From positions 248,001-312,000 of the forward strand of contig CDMY01000456.1 in assembly GCA_001179505.1 (NCBI GenBank): DNA of 64,000 bases, written 5' to 3'. Of the stretch, positions 36,483 to 48,320 are shown piece after piece; positions within the stretch are counted from its first letter, which is position 1; the number at the start of each line of letters is the position of its first letter. The stretch is from Vitrella brassicaformis CCMP3155. Its lineage: Eukaryota; Protista; Chromerida. Both the position numbers and the translations under genes were made by a program. The notes below the pieces were generated by a model that was given only the letters and a program-made list of their open reading frames with translations, did not search any database and had not been told where the DNA came from.

Positions 36483-39400
36483 ATGAGTGATGCTTCCAAG
36501 CTCTCGGCAGCCCTTAACGCCACAGTGGCCGTCATGTCCGACGTCGGTGGGTGCACTCGAGAGGCCGCCAGCGACATCATCGGCAGCGACGCCAGTTGGC
36601 AGAGTTCGTCGATTCATTGGTTGGACGAAATGTGGCTGGTGCTATGTGCCCTGCTCGTCCTCATAATGCAGCCCGCATTTGCAATGTACGTATGTAAGGG
36701 GCTCAGAAAGGACGTTTGTGTGTGTTCGGACGTCGATGTGTGTGTGTGTGTTCCACGTGAGGGGCTGGGCGTTTGGGGTGTTGTGATGCTGCTGCTGCTG
36801 CAGGTTTGAGGCAGGCTGTGTGTCCGACAAGAACGGTGCCTCTGCACACACACATGACATACAATACACGTGTGCGTCTCCGTCCGTCTATCTCTTGACC
36901 AACCAGGTGCCTCCATCATGATAAAGAATGCAGTGGACATACTCGTCTGCTCGTTCGCCTACGCACTTGTCGGTAAGTGCCGGAGAGGAGAAGGGAGAGA
37001 TGAGGCGGGCGGCCTTGATTGTGCGCGGGGCGGGTGGGTATGTTCAGGTTTTCAGCTGTCCTACGCAACGGCCGACCCCTTTGTACCTCCGGATGACATG
37101 GCCAGATTCTTCTTCAATCTGGCATTCGCCAGCACCGGTATGTATGAAGACACACAAAGCGGGGTGTGCGCAGATGACTGTCTGTTTCTCCATCACCGTT
37201 TGTGACAGCCGCCACGATCCTGAGTGGTGCGTTGGCGGAGAGGCTTCGTTTGAACGCCTACATCATTCTTACTCTTGCTGTCGGCAGCGTCATCTACCCC
37301 ATCGTGACGGTACGTATGTGGCAGTCACTTCCGATTCATTTCCGCCATGCGTGTGGTGTGGTGTCTCAGTGGTGGGTGTGGGCCGATGACGGTGAGCAAT
37401 CGGACGGACAAGAGGGCACATTAGCCTGGCATGTATGAATGCATTGGTGCGTGGCTGCACTGGCTGGCTGCAGGTCTCCTGCAGAAACAAGGGTACATAG
37501 ACTTCGCTGGCGGCAGTGTGGTGCACGTCTTGGGGGGCGTTGGCGCCCTCACTGCCGCAGCGATGCTCGGCCCACGTGTGGGGCGATACCCGGAGTACTC
37601 TCCGTGGGACATGCCCGTGCTGCGTCGACTGCTCGGTCGAAGCCTGGACCCCGACCAATACATGCTTCCGCCGGGATTGCCGGCCATTGAAGACGCACCA
37701 CACCCCTTCCGCATCGTCTCAGGCACCCTCTTTCTATGGTCTGTCTGTTATATCTTGGATACTGATAACGCCTGGACATTGTGTTTGTGTTTGTGTGTTA
37801 CGTACAGGGGTGCGCGGTACGGATTCAATTGTGGCTCGACCATGGGTGTGACTGCCGGCGGTGCCTACGTGGCTGCCCGTGTGGCGGTGATCACAACGAT
37901 GGGTGCCGTGGGCGGCGGGCTGGCCATCGTTGCCATCAGCATGATGTCCAGGCGATGGGTGCCTCTGCGTCTCTGCACGGGCATACTCGCGGGGCTCGTG
38001 TCCATCACGGCTGGTTAGTCTGAGAGACATGAAGCGGAGCTCTTGATCGTGTTTATCGTGTGTCGGTAGGTGCGCCTCACCTCGGAATGTACGAGGCAAT
38101 GGCTGTGGGTGCTCTTGGGGCGTTGTTGGCCCGGCTGTCGACGGCAATCCTCAAGTGGTGCCAGATCGACGATGTCGTCGGTGCCTTCGGCACGCACGGC
38201 GTGCCCGGTGCGTGGGGTGTGTTGGCCGTGGCGCTGTTCGCCAAGAGTGCCAGCTGCGGAGACTATACCACGGTTGGGCTTTTCTATGCCGCCACCAAGG
38301 AGCAAGTCAACGAGGTCACAGACAGACAGACAGACAGAGAGAGACCGCGGACCTGGATGGATGCCCTCCTGTGTGTGTGTGTGATTTCGATGTCTAGGCT
38401 TTTGTGCAGGTCGGTGTGCAGCTTGGCGGCCTCCTGCTGATCATTGCCTTCACGTCTGCATCAGTCGCCATCGTCTGCTTTGTACGTTACGTGATCATAC
38501 AGACACGAACGTCACATAGCGGATCGCATGTCCATCTCTGTTGTGTGCAGGTGCTGAATCAGACGCCGATGAAGCTGCGTGTGTCGTTCGGAGAGGAACT
38601 GACGGGCCTGGACTGGATGGAGCAGTCCATAAAGAACATGCATCAGGCCAGAATGGAGGTCGTCGAGTCCCTCGTGCACTCCGTCGCGGGACTTAACGCA
38701 GGTGTTATTGAGCATGACACCATCAATTGTTATCTTATAACTAGCATTTGTCTGTGTGTCCGGGCGGTCAGAATGGGACCTATCGTGAGAAAGATAGCTG
38801 CGCTGATGTGTCTCATGCATTGATATACATCCCATCTGGTGCTTGCCAATGTCAGGTGGTTGTCGGCTGAAGCGAAGCGCTTGAAGCTCCACAAGTCGAC
38901 TTCACGAACAATGGAGGTGCGTGCAGACAGCCTGATAAGAATCCTTTGCCTGTCGCTTCTTGCCATCGATCAGACGACTTTGAATCACTTCGTCAAGGCC
39001 AGCCGAGCCCTCAGAGATGCTTCGGCGCAGAGACGGTCCAGCACGGGCTCAGAGGTGGATGTTGAGCTGCCTGTCTTCATGCCCCTGGGCACTCTGGTGG
39101 TGCTCGTGCATCGCGCGGAGATGAAGAAAGGCGTAAGAGGCAGCTGGGGAGACACCACTGCAGTGAAACACGAAGCCACACGTCCCTCTCTCTGCACGTG
39201 TGTCTGCTACTTACTGCAGGTGAGCACACCGGATGACCGAACCTTCTTTGTCGAAGTCAAGCTTGTCCGGTCAGCACTGTGTAGTCAGCCGCACCTCTGA
39301 CATATGTGTGTGTCATGTCATGCGTGCCACTAGTGGCGACCCCGACAGCGCCGATGGCACAGCCAAACTGCAGCCCCACCCCGGATTCCGCAGAGCACGA

Positions 39401-40829
39401 GACACAGCCATCGTGGACGAAGCTGCGACCCAATCCGCATACGTGTGGGAAGAGGTGGGCCAGGACCCATTAATGGATCATGACAGCCTTCTGGTCTGTG
39501 ACAGTTTGTCTGTCTGTCTGTCTGTCTAGCCGTTGGTGTTTGCGAATGTGGGCAATGAGGTGGTCAACGATTTACTCATACAGGTGGGCCGCTATCGACA
39601 CACGCCACATATACGTGTGTGTGTGTGTGTGTGTGTGTGATAACTTGACTAGTTCAATGTGTACGATGCCCGCTCGCTTCGGGACATGCGCGGCGACTGC
39701 TTCGGTTCGTCACTAGCGACCAAGGCACTCGCCAATGACGTCAGCGCCGCCGCCGCGGGGTTCAAGAAGAAACACTCGATAATGACAGGCAGCGTACGGA
39801 TGGGCATACCCGATGCACGCCCTTGCGGACGGACAATGCACCCTTCAGGCGTTTTACCCAGCCTGCCCGTCCTCTTGGGAGCAGGACCTGGCCGGAGACG
39901 ACTTCCAAAAGGACATGATGGAAGGGGTCAGCACAGCACCGTGAGACACCAACAGACACTCTCATCGTGTACTCATGGAAGGAAGTATGGATACATACGT
40001 CTTTGTGTTGTCAGGGCGTCAAGACCAAAGAGCTGTGTCGGGCCATCAGGCTGGAGGCGCGACGGAGTAGCCTCGCCAGGCGAATGTGCGTAAGGACGGT
40101 GCACCGCACTGCACTCACAGAAACCTGCACAGACCTGTTCGCCCACCCAGGTCATTTATGCGCAAGGACGACGAGAAGAAAATCATTATTACCGGCAAGC
40201 TGTACTTCTCCATCGAGTTCAGGACGAGCGATTTTGACAAGGTCGGTCACACGGACACTCACCGTGTGTCGCTCACAACGTCCCGTTATCCTGTGCATCC
40301 ACCCCTCCATCCGTCCGTGCAGTCTCTGTCGAAAGCTATATCATCGCTGGTGGCGGTCGACAAGCAGCTGGAGGCCAGAAAGCGCAATTCGATACCAAGT
40401 CAGCCAACAAGAGTTCATCTATGTGTGTATGTGTGTGGCATGGACCACCTACGCAGCTTCTGAGCTCGACCTGCCCATAAGTCCGACTGCGGGCAAGGGC
40501 TCTCTGTCCACCTTCAGCCGACGCACACACAACTTGATAAAAAAGGGAATCGCCAGGATTGGTGAGAGCAAGACACAACGCCTCAGCTGTCTCACCTCAC
40601 GTCGTGTGTGCGTGTGTGTGCAGCCAAGTCGATGGCTCGTTCGCCCAAAAGCGGCGATGCGCTCCAGCCAGGTCTGGATATGTTCGCTCACCGGCGGAGG
40701 GCCTCCGTCGGCCGCTGCTCCGTCATGAGCAACGACGAGCGGGTCTCACTCGAGGTCGACGCACCGCCCCTCCAAGCCGCACCGTCTGCAGCACACCTCC
40801 TCGCCGCGCCCAAAATCATCAGCTCTTAA
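36483..40829 (+). CDS. AMT: Ammonium transporter (Amt) with long C-terminal extension containing a C2-like domain
   Basis: FEAG..KN..IMIKN, FNLAFAST..ILSGALAER, DFAGGSVVH, YGFNCGS, DDVVGAFGTHGVPG, LRVSFGEELTGLD, followed by a phase-consistent exon chain to TAA at 40827-40829. Confidence 0.93.
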
Positions 40830-41022
40830 AGGGGGCAAGTCGGTCTCATCGGCCTTGCCCACACCAGTCGGGGCATCCACCGCATTCCTCAACGATGCCG
40901 TTGTGGACGAGACGTCGGGAGCCAAGACTCCCGTCACCAATCGGATAACAAGATACCGCACCAAAGGCAGCACACCAAGCCCCGGTAGCAGATGCCGTGC
41001 GGCGGTGGAAGGCGATGGGAAG

Positions 41023-43104
41023 ATGGAGACGAAGCGGGCCAAGAAGGAGCTGGCTGACAAGAAGAATGACAGCCTCGCGGTCATTTCGGATGTGCTGCGC
41101 GATGACGCTGAGTTTGCACTGCCCAGCCGCATACAGAGGCACGCGGAGCGCATCAAGAACAAAAAGGCCACAGGTGAGTCGACTCGTCGATGGCCGGAGG
41201 GAGTGAGACACGCGAGTGAGCGGCGTGTGTTGCGTGTGCATGGATGGCCCAGGCTCCATGGAGCTGTCCGATGAGCAGAGACACATGCTGGAGAGCGAGG
41301 CGGCGGCCATGGAGCAGGAGGAGATGGCCAGCATACGAATTGCTGCACTTGAAGGACAGACTCTCAACACATCCAAGTACCCCCACACCTTCATCCCTTA
41401 CGCATACATCTACACCTGGCTGTGTATGTGATGTGTGTGGCCGCAGAACCTCGCCTCAGAGAGACAGCAGCGGCGTCAAGTTCAAGAGCAACGCCACAGA
41501 CATGGACGAAGCCGAGGACGGCGAATGGAGAGGTACACCTGTATCCTGACCTGTAACAACTCCCCAATGACCTACCTGTCCTGTGTGTACTGACTGGGGA
41601 TGCACAAATGCTTCAAAGACGAAACCCGTCAGGCGCAGCGCAAAGCGAAGCTGCTGAACCGCAAGGTTACTGGTCAGCTGATGACAGCCGCCCAGAAGGA
41701 GGAGCTCAACAGGGCAACACAAGAAGACATGGAAGATGGCGACGAGGCTGAGGATGACGAGTACGACAAAGATCACCCCAATCTTGTGTCATTCAAGTCG
41801 CGGGAGACTGATATCGACAGCGACGCCGATGACTGGAAAGGTGCACCCAGCACAATCCTCACCGTGCATTTGGACGTGTGTTTGTGTGCAGATGAGTCCC
41901 GCCACGCCAAGCGAAAACTCAAACTGATGGGCAGGAAAGCTACAGGACAAATCCGGATGTCGCAAACACAGAAGAACGAGCTGCGCCGTGCATCAGAGGA
42001 GGCTATGGACGACGGCGACTCAGATGTTGGCAGCAATGACGCCGATGGCCATGATGACCAGCCACCAAGAGGCGCGAACTTGGTTCAGTTCCAGTCCCTT
42101 CAGACAGATATCGACAGCGACGCCGACTGGCAAGGTGCCTGAGACATGTCTGCTACACACACACACATGTACACTGCTCGTCCTTTCCTCGACTACAGAT
42201 GCATCCCAGCATGCTCAGCGTAGCGCAAAGCTGATTGCGAGAAAAGCTACTGGGCAGCTACAAATGACGGAGTTGCAGAGGAGGGAGCTGGAAGATGACG
42301 ACGAGGAGGAGGAAAGGGGAGAGTTGCAAGACGACCAGCCTTACCTTGTCTCCTTCAAGACACAAGAAACAGACATCGACAGCAACCCCGACTGGCTGGG
42401 TACAGTACGGCCCACATGCGCATCGTGTGTCCCTGTGTTCACACGTGTCTCCCTACCTGTGTCTCTCAGCAACAGGTCGGTTAAGGCGCGCAGGGCGAAG
42501 CTGAAGGCCCGGCAGACGACGGGCCAGGTTAAGCTCACGAGTAGCCAGAAGGACGCTCTCAGTAGTCTGGCACAGAAAAATGACGACGATGACGATACTG
42601 GTAGCGAAGACGCCTCTCCGCAGCAGGACGGAGGGGGCGACGCAGACGCCGTCCATTTAGTGACCTTCCGTAGCAGACCGCAGAGCGTAGTCAGCGACAT
42701 GGACGATCAAGAGTGGAAAAGTAGGCAGGCAATGCAGAAGATCGACCACCCTTCGCCGCAGCACACGTGTGTGTCTGCATGTCTCCGCTGCTCAGCAAGC
42801 GGTCGGGCAGAGGCGCGCAGGGCGAAGCTGAAGGAGCGCAAGGCGACAGGACAGTTGAAGCTCACCTCAGACCAGAAAGATGCCCTCGCCCATGCCGCGT
42901 CCGAAGAGCTGGAGGAAGAGGATACACCCGAGAGGAACGTCTCTGGTGCAGAAGATCGGCACATCGGAGGGGACGGGTGGCGGGGTGAATTTCGCCCACC
43001 TGAATGGCCAAGGCGCTGACGACCAGGACGGTTTCTATGCCGGGTCACAAATCGTCTTTGACTTCGCTCGGTGGGGTGAGGTTTCCTCTGTGGGACACAT
43101 TTGA
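41023..43104 (+). CDS. Novel tandem-repeat protein (six ~70-aa repeats, roughly one per exon); may be continuous with the Amt gene
   Basis: Repeated R-x-AKL-xx-RKATGQ-LxLT-xxQKxxL / acidic linker / LVxFxS-xx-TDIDSD-x-DW. Repeats are separated by phase-1 introns. The end is 43019 or 43104 depending on a +1 shift near 42970. Confidence 0.75.
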
Positions 43105-43375
43105 CATCGCCCACTCTCTATGCATCACACACACATACAGTGAATGCCCATACACGACACTCATCGAAAGACAAACACATCACGCACATGCCATCATTGT
43201 TTGGCGACACCTTTAATTAAAGGGGTCGAAATTTGAAAGTCGTCCTTGATGGCTGCATTTTGGTCAGAAGGGTCCCCACCACTACCCCAAAGCCTACCTG
43301 AGGCAGGTCCCCACCGTAGCCTACGACTGTCCATCTGTACCTACGACTGCGTGTCCGTCTACGAGCAGCCAAGCT

Positions 43376-44513
43376 TTATACGGACGGGGCCTGCTTCCAC
43401 AACTCATCTACCCACTCCGCCCACGCAGGATTCGCCGCACGATACTTTTCGACCTCGGCCACCTTGTCGCCTTCCTTCACCCCCGGCGGCAGCGGGATCA
43501 TCTGGATCATCTGGATCAGCCGGCCCTGCCAGGTCTCAGCCCACATGCTGTCGGCCGGTGGCGCCAGTTTTGCCGTGGGCTCCTTTTCTTTCTCCTCGTA
43601 CTGCTTGAGCAATTCTGTTGTGATGGGCGTCAGCAGCACCTTCAGGTCGCCTCCCTCCAAAGCTGCCCGCAGATTTGCAAAGGTGACTGGCTTGCCGCTG
43701 TTGTCTTGCTCCTCCTCCACCTCATCGTCAGCCGCTGAGCCGCCCTTCTTTCCTTTGCCCTTGCCGCCCTTCTTGCTCTTGCCGCCCTTCTTGCCCTTGC
43801 CGCCCTTCTTGCCCTTGCCCTTGCCGATGGTCTTTTTGCCGATGGTCTTCTTGACCCTCTGCTTGGGCGGTGGGAGGATGGTCTGGGTCGGGTCATACTT
43901 GTCTGTGGTCTTCTTGACGTTGAATAGCTCTCGATGGCCCTCAGCGGCGACAAGTGCCGGCGGCTGTCAGACGCATCCACACACACACTGTGATACACCA
44001 CACACAGGAAGCTAGTTGCTTCCTACCCACCTTGAGTTCGATTTCCTCGTCGATCGACCACACGATGTAGCCTGAATCCGTAATGGCCTCACTGAATCCA
44101 TTCGGGCTGAACACAGCACACACAGAGGAAGATCTCTCGATTTCCGTCTTTCTGTCTGTCTGTCTGCCAGTCTGCCTGTCCAAACCATCCATCCAGCCAT
44201 CCGTCTGTCCGTCTGTCTGTCTGTCTGTCTTGCCACGCCGATTCATTCTGCTCCAAAGATCTTATCTGATCACGATGAATCCTTCGGGCGGCACAGCGAT
44301 CCTACAGGAGTACAGTGGGTCCGTTCTGTCCTCGATACTCGAGAATAGAGAGATGGTGCGACCCTTGACCACAAAATATCCCGTCTTGAAAGTCGGGTTC
44401 ATCAGCTGTTCGGCGGTTCGGGAGAAATCAGCGTCCACGTCGATGTAAGTGACCTCCCACTTTCGAAACTCGGCTGTAACGCAGCCCAACAGGGAAGCGA
44501 TAAGCAACATCAT
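43376..44513 (-). CDS. Secreted hypothetical protein with Lys/Gly-rich linker, 3 exons
   Basis: Signal-like MMLLIASLLGCVTAE; middle exon PNGFSEAITDSGYIVWSIDEEIELK; last exon PPALVAAE..KTIGKGKGKKGGKGKKGG..WVDELWKQAPSV*. Confidence 0.65.
43740..43850 (-). repeat. Coding low-complexity repeat KGKKGG / KTIG
   Basis: Repeated ttgccgcccttc units on the + strand. Confidence 0.9.
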
Positions 44514-44746
44514 CGCGCAGCGTCAACACATTTACATTACGGCGAGGTTCCCCGTGTCCATATCCACCCATCCATCTGTATGTCTGTCTGTCGGGCTGTC
44601 GGTCTGTTTGAATGTGTGGGTGTCTGTCTGTCTGTGTGTCGGTCTGTTCGTCGGTTTGTCTGTCTGTCGGACTGTCTGTCTGTCTGTCCATCGGTCGGTC
44701 TGTCCGTCTGTCTTTCTGTTCTGTCTGTCTGTCCATCCATCCTCAT

Positions 44747-45482
44747 TCATCCATCCTCATTCATCCATCCACCACACTGCAGTGACACACACTGGCAGAA
44801 AGCAGCCGCCGCCACCTCGAAGACGCCAAGCCCCAACAGCTAACAGCCACACACCAAACACACAACAGTCACACATCATGTTTGAGTGCTGTCGCTCCCT
44901 TACCGAGGCCGCGTATGGCGCGTCGTCGATGTCATACATCGATGACCAGTGCGTCGGGATCGTCGTAGCGACCTCCTGATTCATGACACAAATCTGCGGC
45001 GCGATGCACTGTCAGTGATCATTGTACCTTGATCACGGCCGCCGTGTGTACGAGGCAAAACAACACCGACACCGCATCAGCTCCTGCATCAATGACACAA
45101 AAGTGACACTAATCACAAGCAGTGATGGATCCGAACCTGTGATGGATGTGGTGATGATGGCACCTCTGCAGAGGGCCAGGCAGGCACCGACAGCCAGCTG
45201 CTGGACGACAGTGGTATCCACAGCGTGTGATCTGCACAGAGACAAACACACATGACAGAAGATGTGTGTGTATCGACAAACATAACAGAAGATATGTGTG
45301 AATTTTTACGTCAGCGAGGCTGCAGCCCAAACGATGATCTTGAGCAGCATGCTGGTGATGGGGCCGACCGACTGCCCGAACAGCAGCGATGCAGCAGCTG
45401 CCAGCGTCGACAGACAGACACTCACAAGTGTCAGCACCAGGATTTTGACTCTCCACTTCGCGAATACGGCAGGCGGCACCAT
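44747..45482 (-). CDS. Small multi-TM hypothetical membrane protein, 5 exons (3' end uncertain)
   Basis: MVPPAVFAKWRVKILVLTLVSVCLSTLAAAASLLFGQ..|SHAVD..LAVGACLALC..|GADAVSVLFCLVHTAAVIK|ICVMNQE..|LLGLGVFEVAAAAFCQ; junctions are phase-consistent. Confidence 0.55.
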
Positions 45483-45707
45483 TGTGTGCGAAACAGCTGT
45501 TGATTGACTTTGACTGGTGGATTGTTGTTTGTTTGTCGGTCTTTCTTACGAGATTGCCTCTTTGTCAGTATACAAGAATCACTCATACACATTGCATCCA
45601 TACTAATCAAGACAGAATCGATCGTTGCTATGCGTCAAATCAACACAATGTGTCTTATCTACTTATTCACACGTGCACACCACTACGTCGAAAGTACCGG
45701 CCGCCTG

Positions 45708-46112
45708 TCAGGGCAGGCTCAGCGGACTCTTCGTGCCGTTCGATGAACTCGCAGACGTTGGTGTGCCCGTTGCCGTGTCGTCTTTCTTCGCCGCTGTCGG
45801 TACATCCAGCAGGGAGATGATCCAATCGACGGCCATCACCACGTATGCGTTGATCTCCTTGTCGCCGTCTGGCTGCATTGCCCCGTATCTCACCAGCATA
45901 GCGCGGAGCGTCGTCCACGTACCTTGGGAAACGCTGACATGGAAACAAATAGATGAATCATAGGATGTCAGGCGCATCTCAAACACCAGTCACGCTCAGT
46001 CCGCTCACCTTGTGATCTGATGCTGTGTAATAAGTGCGAAGAGAGAGGTTGCCGTGGCGATGAGTGCAGGGATCTTCCACGGGATAAGCAACAAGATCAG
46101 GTTGGCCGACAT
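45708..46112 (-). CDS. Small two-exon hydrophobic hypothetical protein
   Basis: MSANLILLLIPWKIPALIATATSLFALITQHQIT joined in phase 2 to SVSQGTWTTLRAMLVRYG..SPLSLP*. Confidence 0.5.
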
Positions 46113-46408
46113 CAGAACATAGCCGGGTAGGTACGCTACGAACACGCGAGCGGCCTGTTGCATCCATGACAAGGCCATCGAATGGACGCGATGAGCTGCA
46201 TTCGGTGGAGGGCAGCTGGGCAGGGCGGATCAAATGGGACAAAAGAATGTGGTTTGCTGCCGGGATGGGGTTGTCGGTAGAGGCATATATGCCGGCGGTG
46301 ATGGGCACGTCTGCCGACCCAGACGAACAGTGCAAAGGTACGGCAACGAACAGAGCAGGTCCTCACCAGTGAGAACACGCAGTTTGCCATTCTGTTGGTC
46401 TGTCAGAA

Positions 46409-47018
46409 ATGGCGGCTGTGTTTCACCAGCTCACTTCCCAGTCGTACGACGTCTGCATCGACCGCAAGATGGAGGTGCCCGACACCAGCCATCACGGGCC
46501 ACAAACCTATCTAATCGCTTTCATCCCCGCGGCCGCGGCGTTCGCCGATCATTTGACTCGCCGGCTGTTCCTTTATGATGGCTTCGAGAGCGACTGGATC
46601 CCCAACCGATGGCTTTACACACGTGGAGCTCACGAGAGGCGCCGGGCGTCTTGGTGCGACCCTTATGGAGCCTTACTGCATGTGGATGGCGCAGGGAGTT
46701 TCCATGAGCGCCGAGGCCACACCATAGCGTCAGTCCGAAAGTATTCTTTCATGGCGACTTCGGAGGAGGCTGTGCGTCACATTGAGACGGCTCGGTGCAC
46801 CGAGGGCACGCCTGATGAGGCCAAGGCTGACTGCGTTAAGACAGAGGCTCACTTTCAGCAAGAAGGCTTCGCCGGCAACCGCCTGGCCTCCTTGCAGTCA
46901 ATTGCCCACGAACACCCGCTACTTGCGCAGATAGACAACACGGGCTACACCTATGTGAATCTGGTGAGCAATCGGACAGACACACACGGACACAAACAGA
47001 CACCCATCCCGCCAAACA

Positions 47019-47058
<40 letters not shown>

Positions 47059-47929
47059 TTTGGCTGATTGTATGCATCGGCCTTGTTGTGTGTGTTTGTT
47101 TGTTTGTCTGTGTCTATTCCGTTCTCAGAAATTGGAATCGGGGGATCAAGACACAGGTGGAGAAGGGAAGAAGAAGAAGGTTCTGGACAGCACACATGTG
47201 GAAGCGGCCCGCATTCTCGTTGAGGAGCTGAACCGGGTTGCGGTCGGTTTCGGCTCGACGGGACTTCAGCCGCCAAGAGCCACCTGCCGCCATTGGGTAT
47301 TGCTGTCGCGCTTCGTGATCAACAAAGACGGCACAACCCCCCTCACTCTGCTGGCCAGCCACCTACTTCATCACTCATCCGTCTTGTCGGGCGTGCACGA
47401 CATTGCCGACCTTCACGCCCACTTAGCCAGCCACCTACACTGGCGTGTGAGTGCCCATGCCGTCGTGCACGAGCGCCTGGAGTCCAGCTACGGGCCGGCT
47501 CTCCCGATCTTCAATCCCCAGCTGAAGACGCACGAGACAGAAGAGGTCATGGAGAATCTCTACGAGCCGTGGGGGGAACTCCTACTTGCCGCCACAGGGG
47601 TGGAGCAGTCCATCAAACCCCACCATACGCGTGGCTACTGTGTGAGAGCGTCAGGGAAGGACACACACGGCAACCGCCTCGTCACTCTGCCAATGACCCC
47701 CCTCTACGGCGCATCCCCTCTGTACCGGCTCTATGTCCTCGACATCACCAACACGCAGATTTGGCTGGCAGCGCGCATCGCGGGGAAGGCGTGGCAGCGG
47801 CGCAAGAAAGAGCACTTCAAGACCTTCGCAAAGGGGTGGCGGCGCATCGAGGGAGTGTCGAAGCTGTGTGTAGTGCTGAGAGAGCGATGTGTCTGGATCA
47901 GGTCATACTTTAGGCGAGCAGGGCCTTAG
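46409..47929 (+). CDS. Hypothetical protein (~450 aa), one in-frame stop-free intron at 46964-47128
   Basis: The 506-codon ORF contains a 165-nt GT-AG segment made of (CA)n(GA)n..(GT)n repeats. No family recognised. Confidence 0.75.
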
Positions 47930-48320
47930 ACATCATCCGTGTGTACGTACGTGGGGCACAACGTGTGCGTGTCTTTGATAGAGCAGTGAGCCAGACACCT
48001 CTGCTCCTCATAGAAGCCCGCGCCTTTGTACTTGCGCTTGAAGTATATCAGGTGGTCCTGCGCGAGGCTGAGGACGGCTATAAGAGACGCCCCGACAGCT
48101 ACAGCCACTGATTGCAATGAATCACAGACACTCATGCAGAGGGTGAGAGTCAAAGCGCATGTCGATGTGCACCTGTCCATGCATGTACGTGTGTTTGTGC
48201 TTGTGTGCGTACCTGCTGCATCGGCCAGAAAAAAGAATCGGAAGCCAACTGGGCGCCACGTCCTGACTGACGGGCAGAAGAAGATGCTGCTCAAGGAAGA
48301 GAGGGAAGAGTAGAGTGGCC
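47926..48320 (-). CDS. Possible small single-TM protein (start and end unresolved)
   Basis: ..WRPVGFRFFFLADAA joined in phase 1 to VAVAVGASLIAVLSLAQDHLIYFKRKYKGAGFYEEQ. No clear ATG. Confidence 0.35.

Noticed and set aside
44240-44320. Apparent +2 shift or stop hop at AGA-TAA-GAT in the secreted KG-rich gene
   Set aside because: A canonical phase-2 donor (CT|GTACTC near 44313) joins in frame to the next exon (DPL-PNGF), so no recoding is needed.
47903-47930. Possible overlap of coding ends between the 46409 gene and the small minus-strand gene
   Set aside because: Depends on a weak TAAG acceptor in a gene whose start is unresolved.
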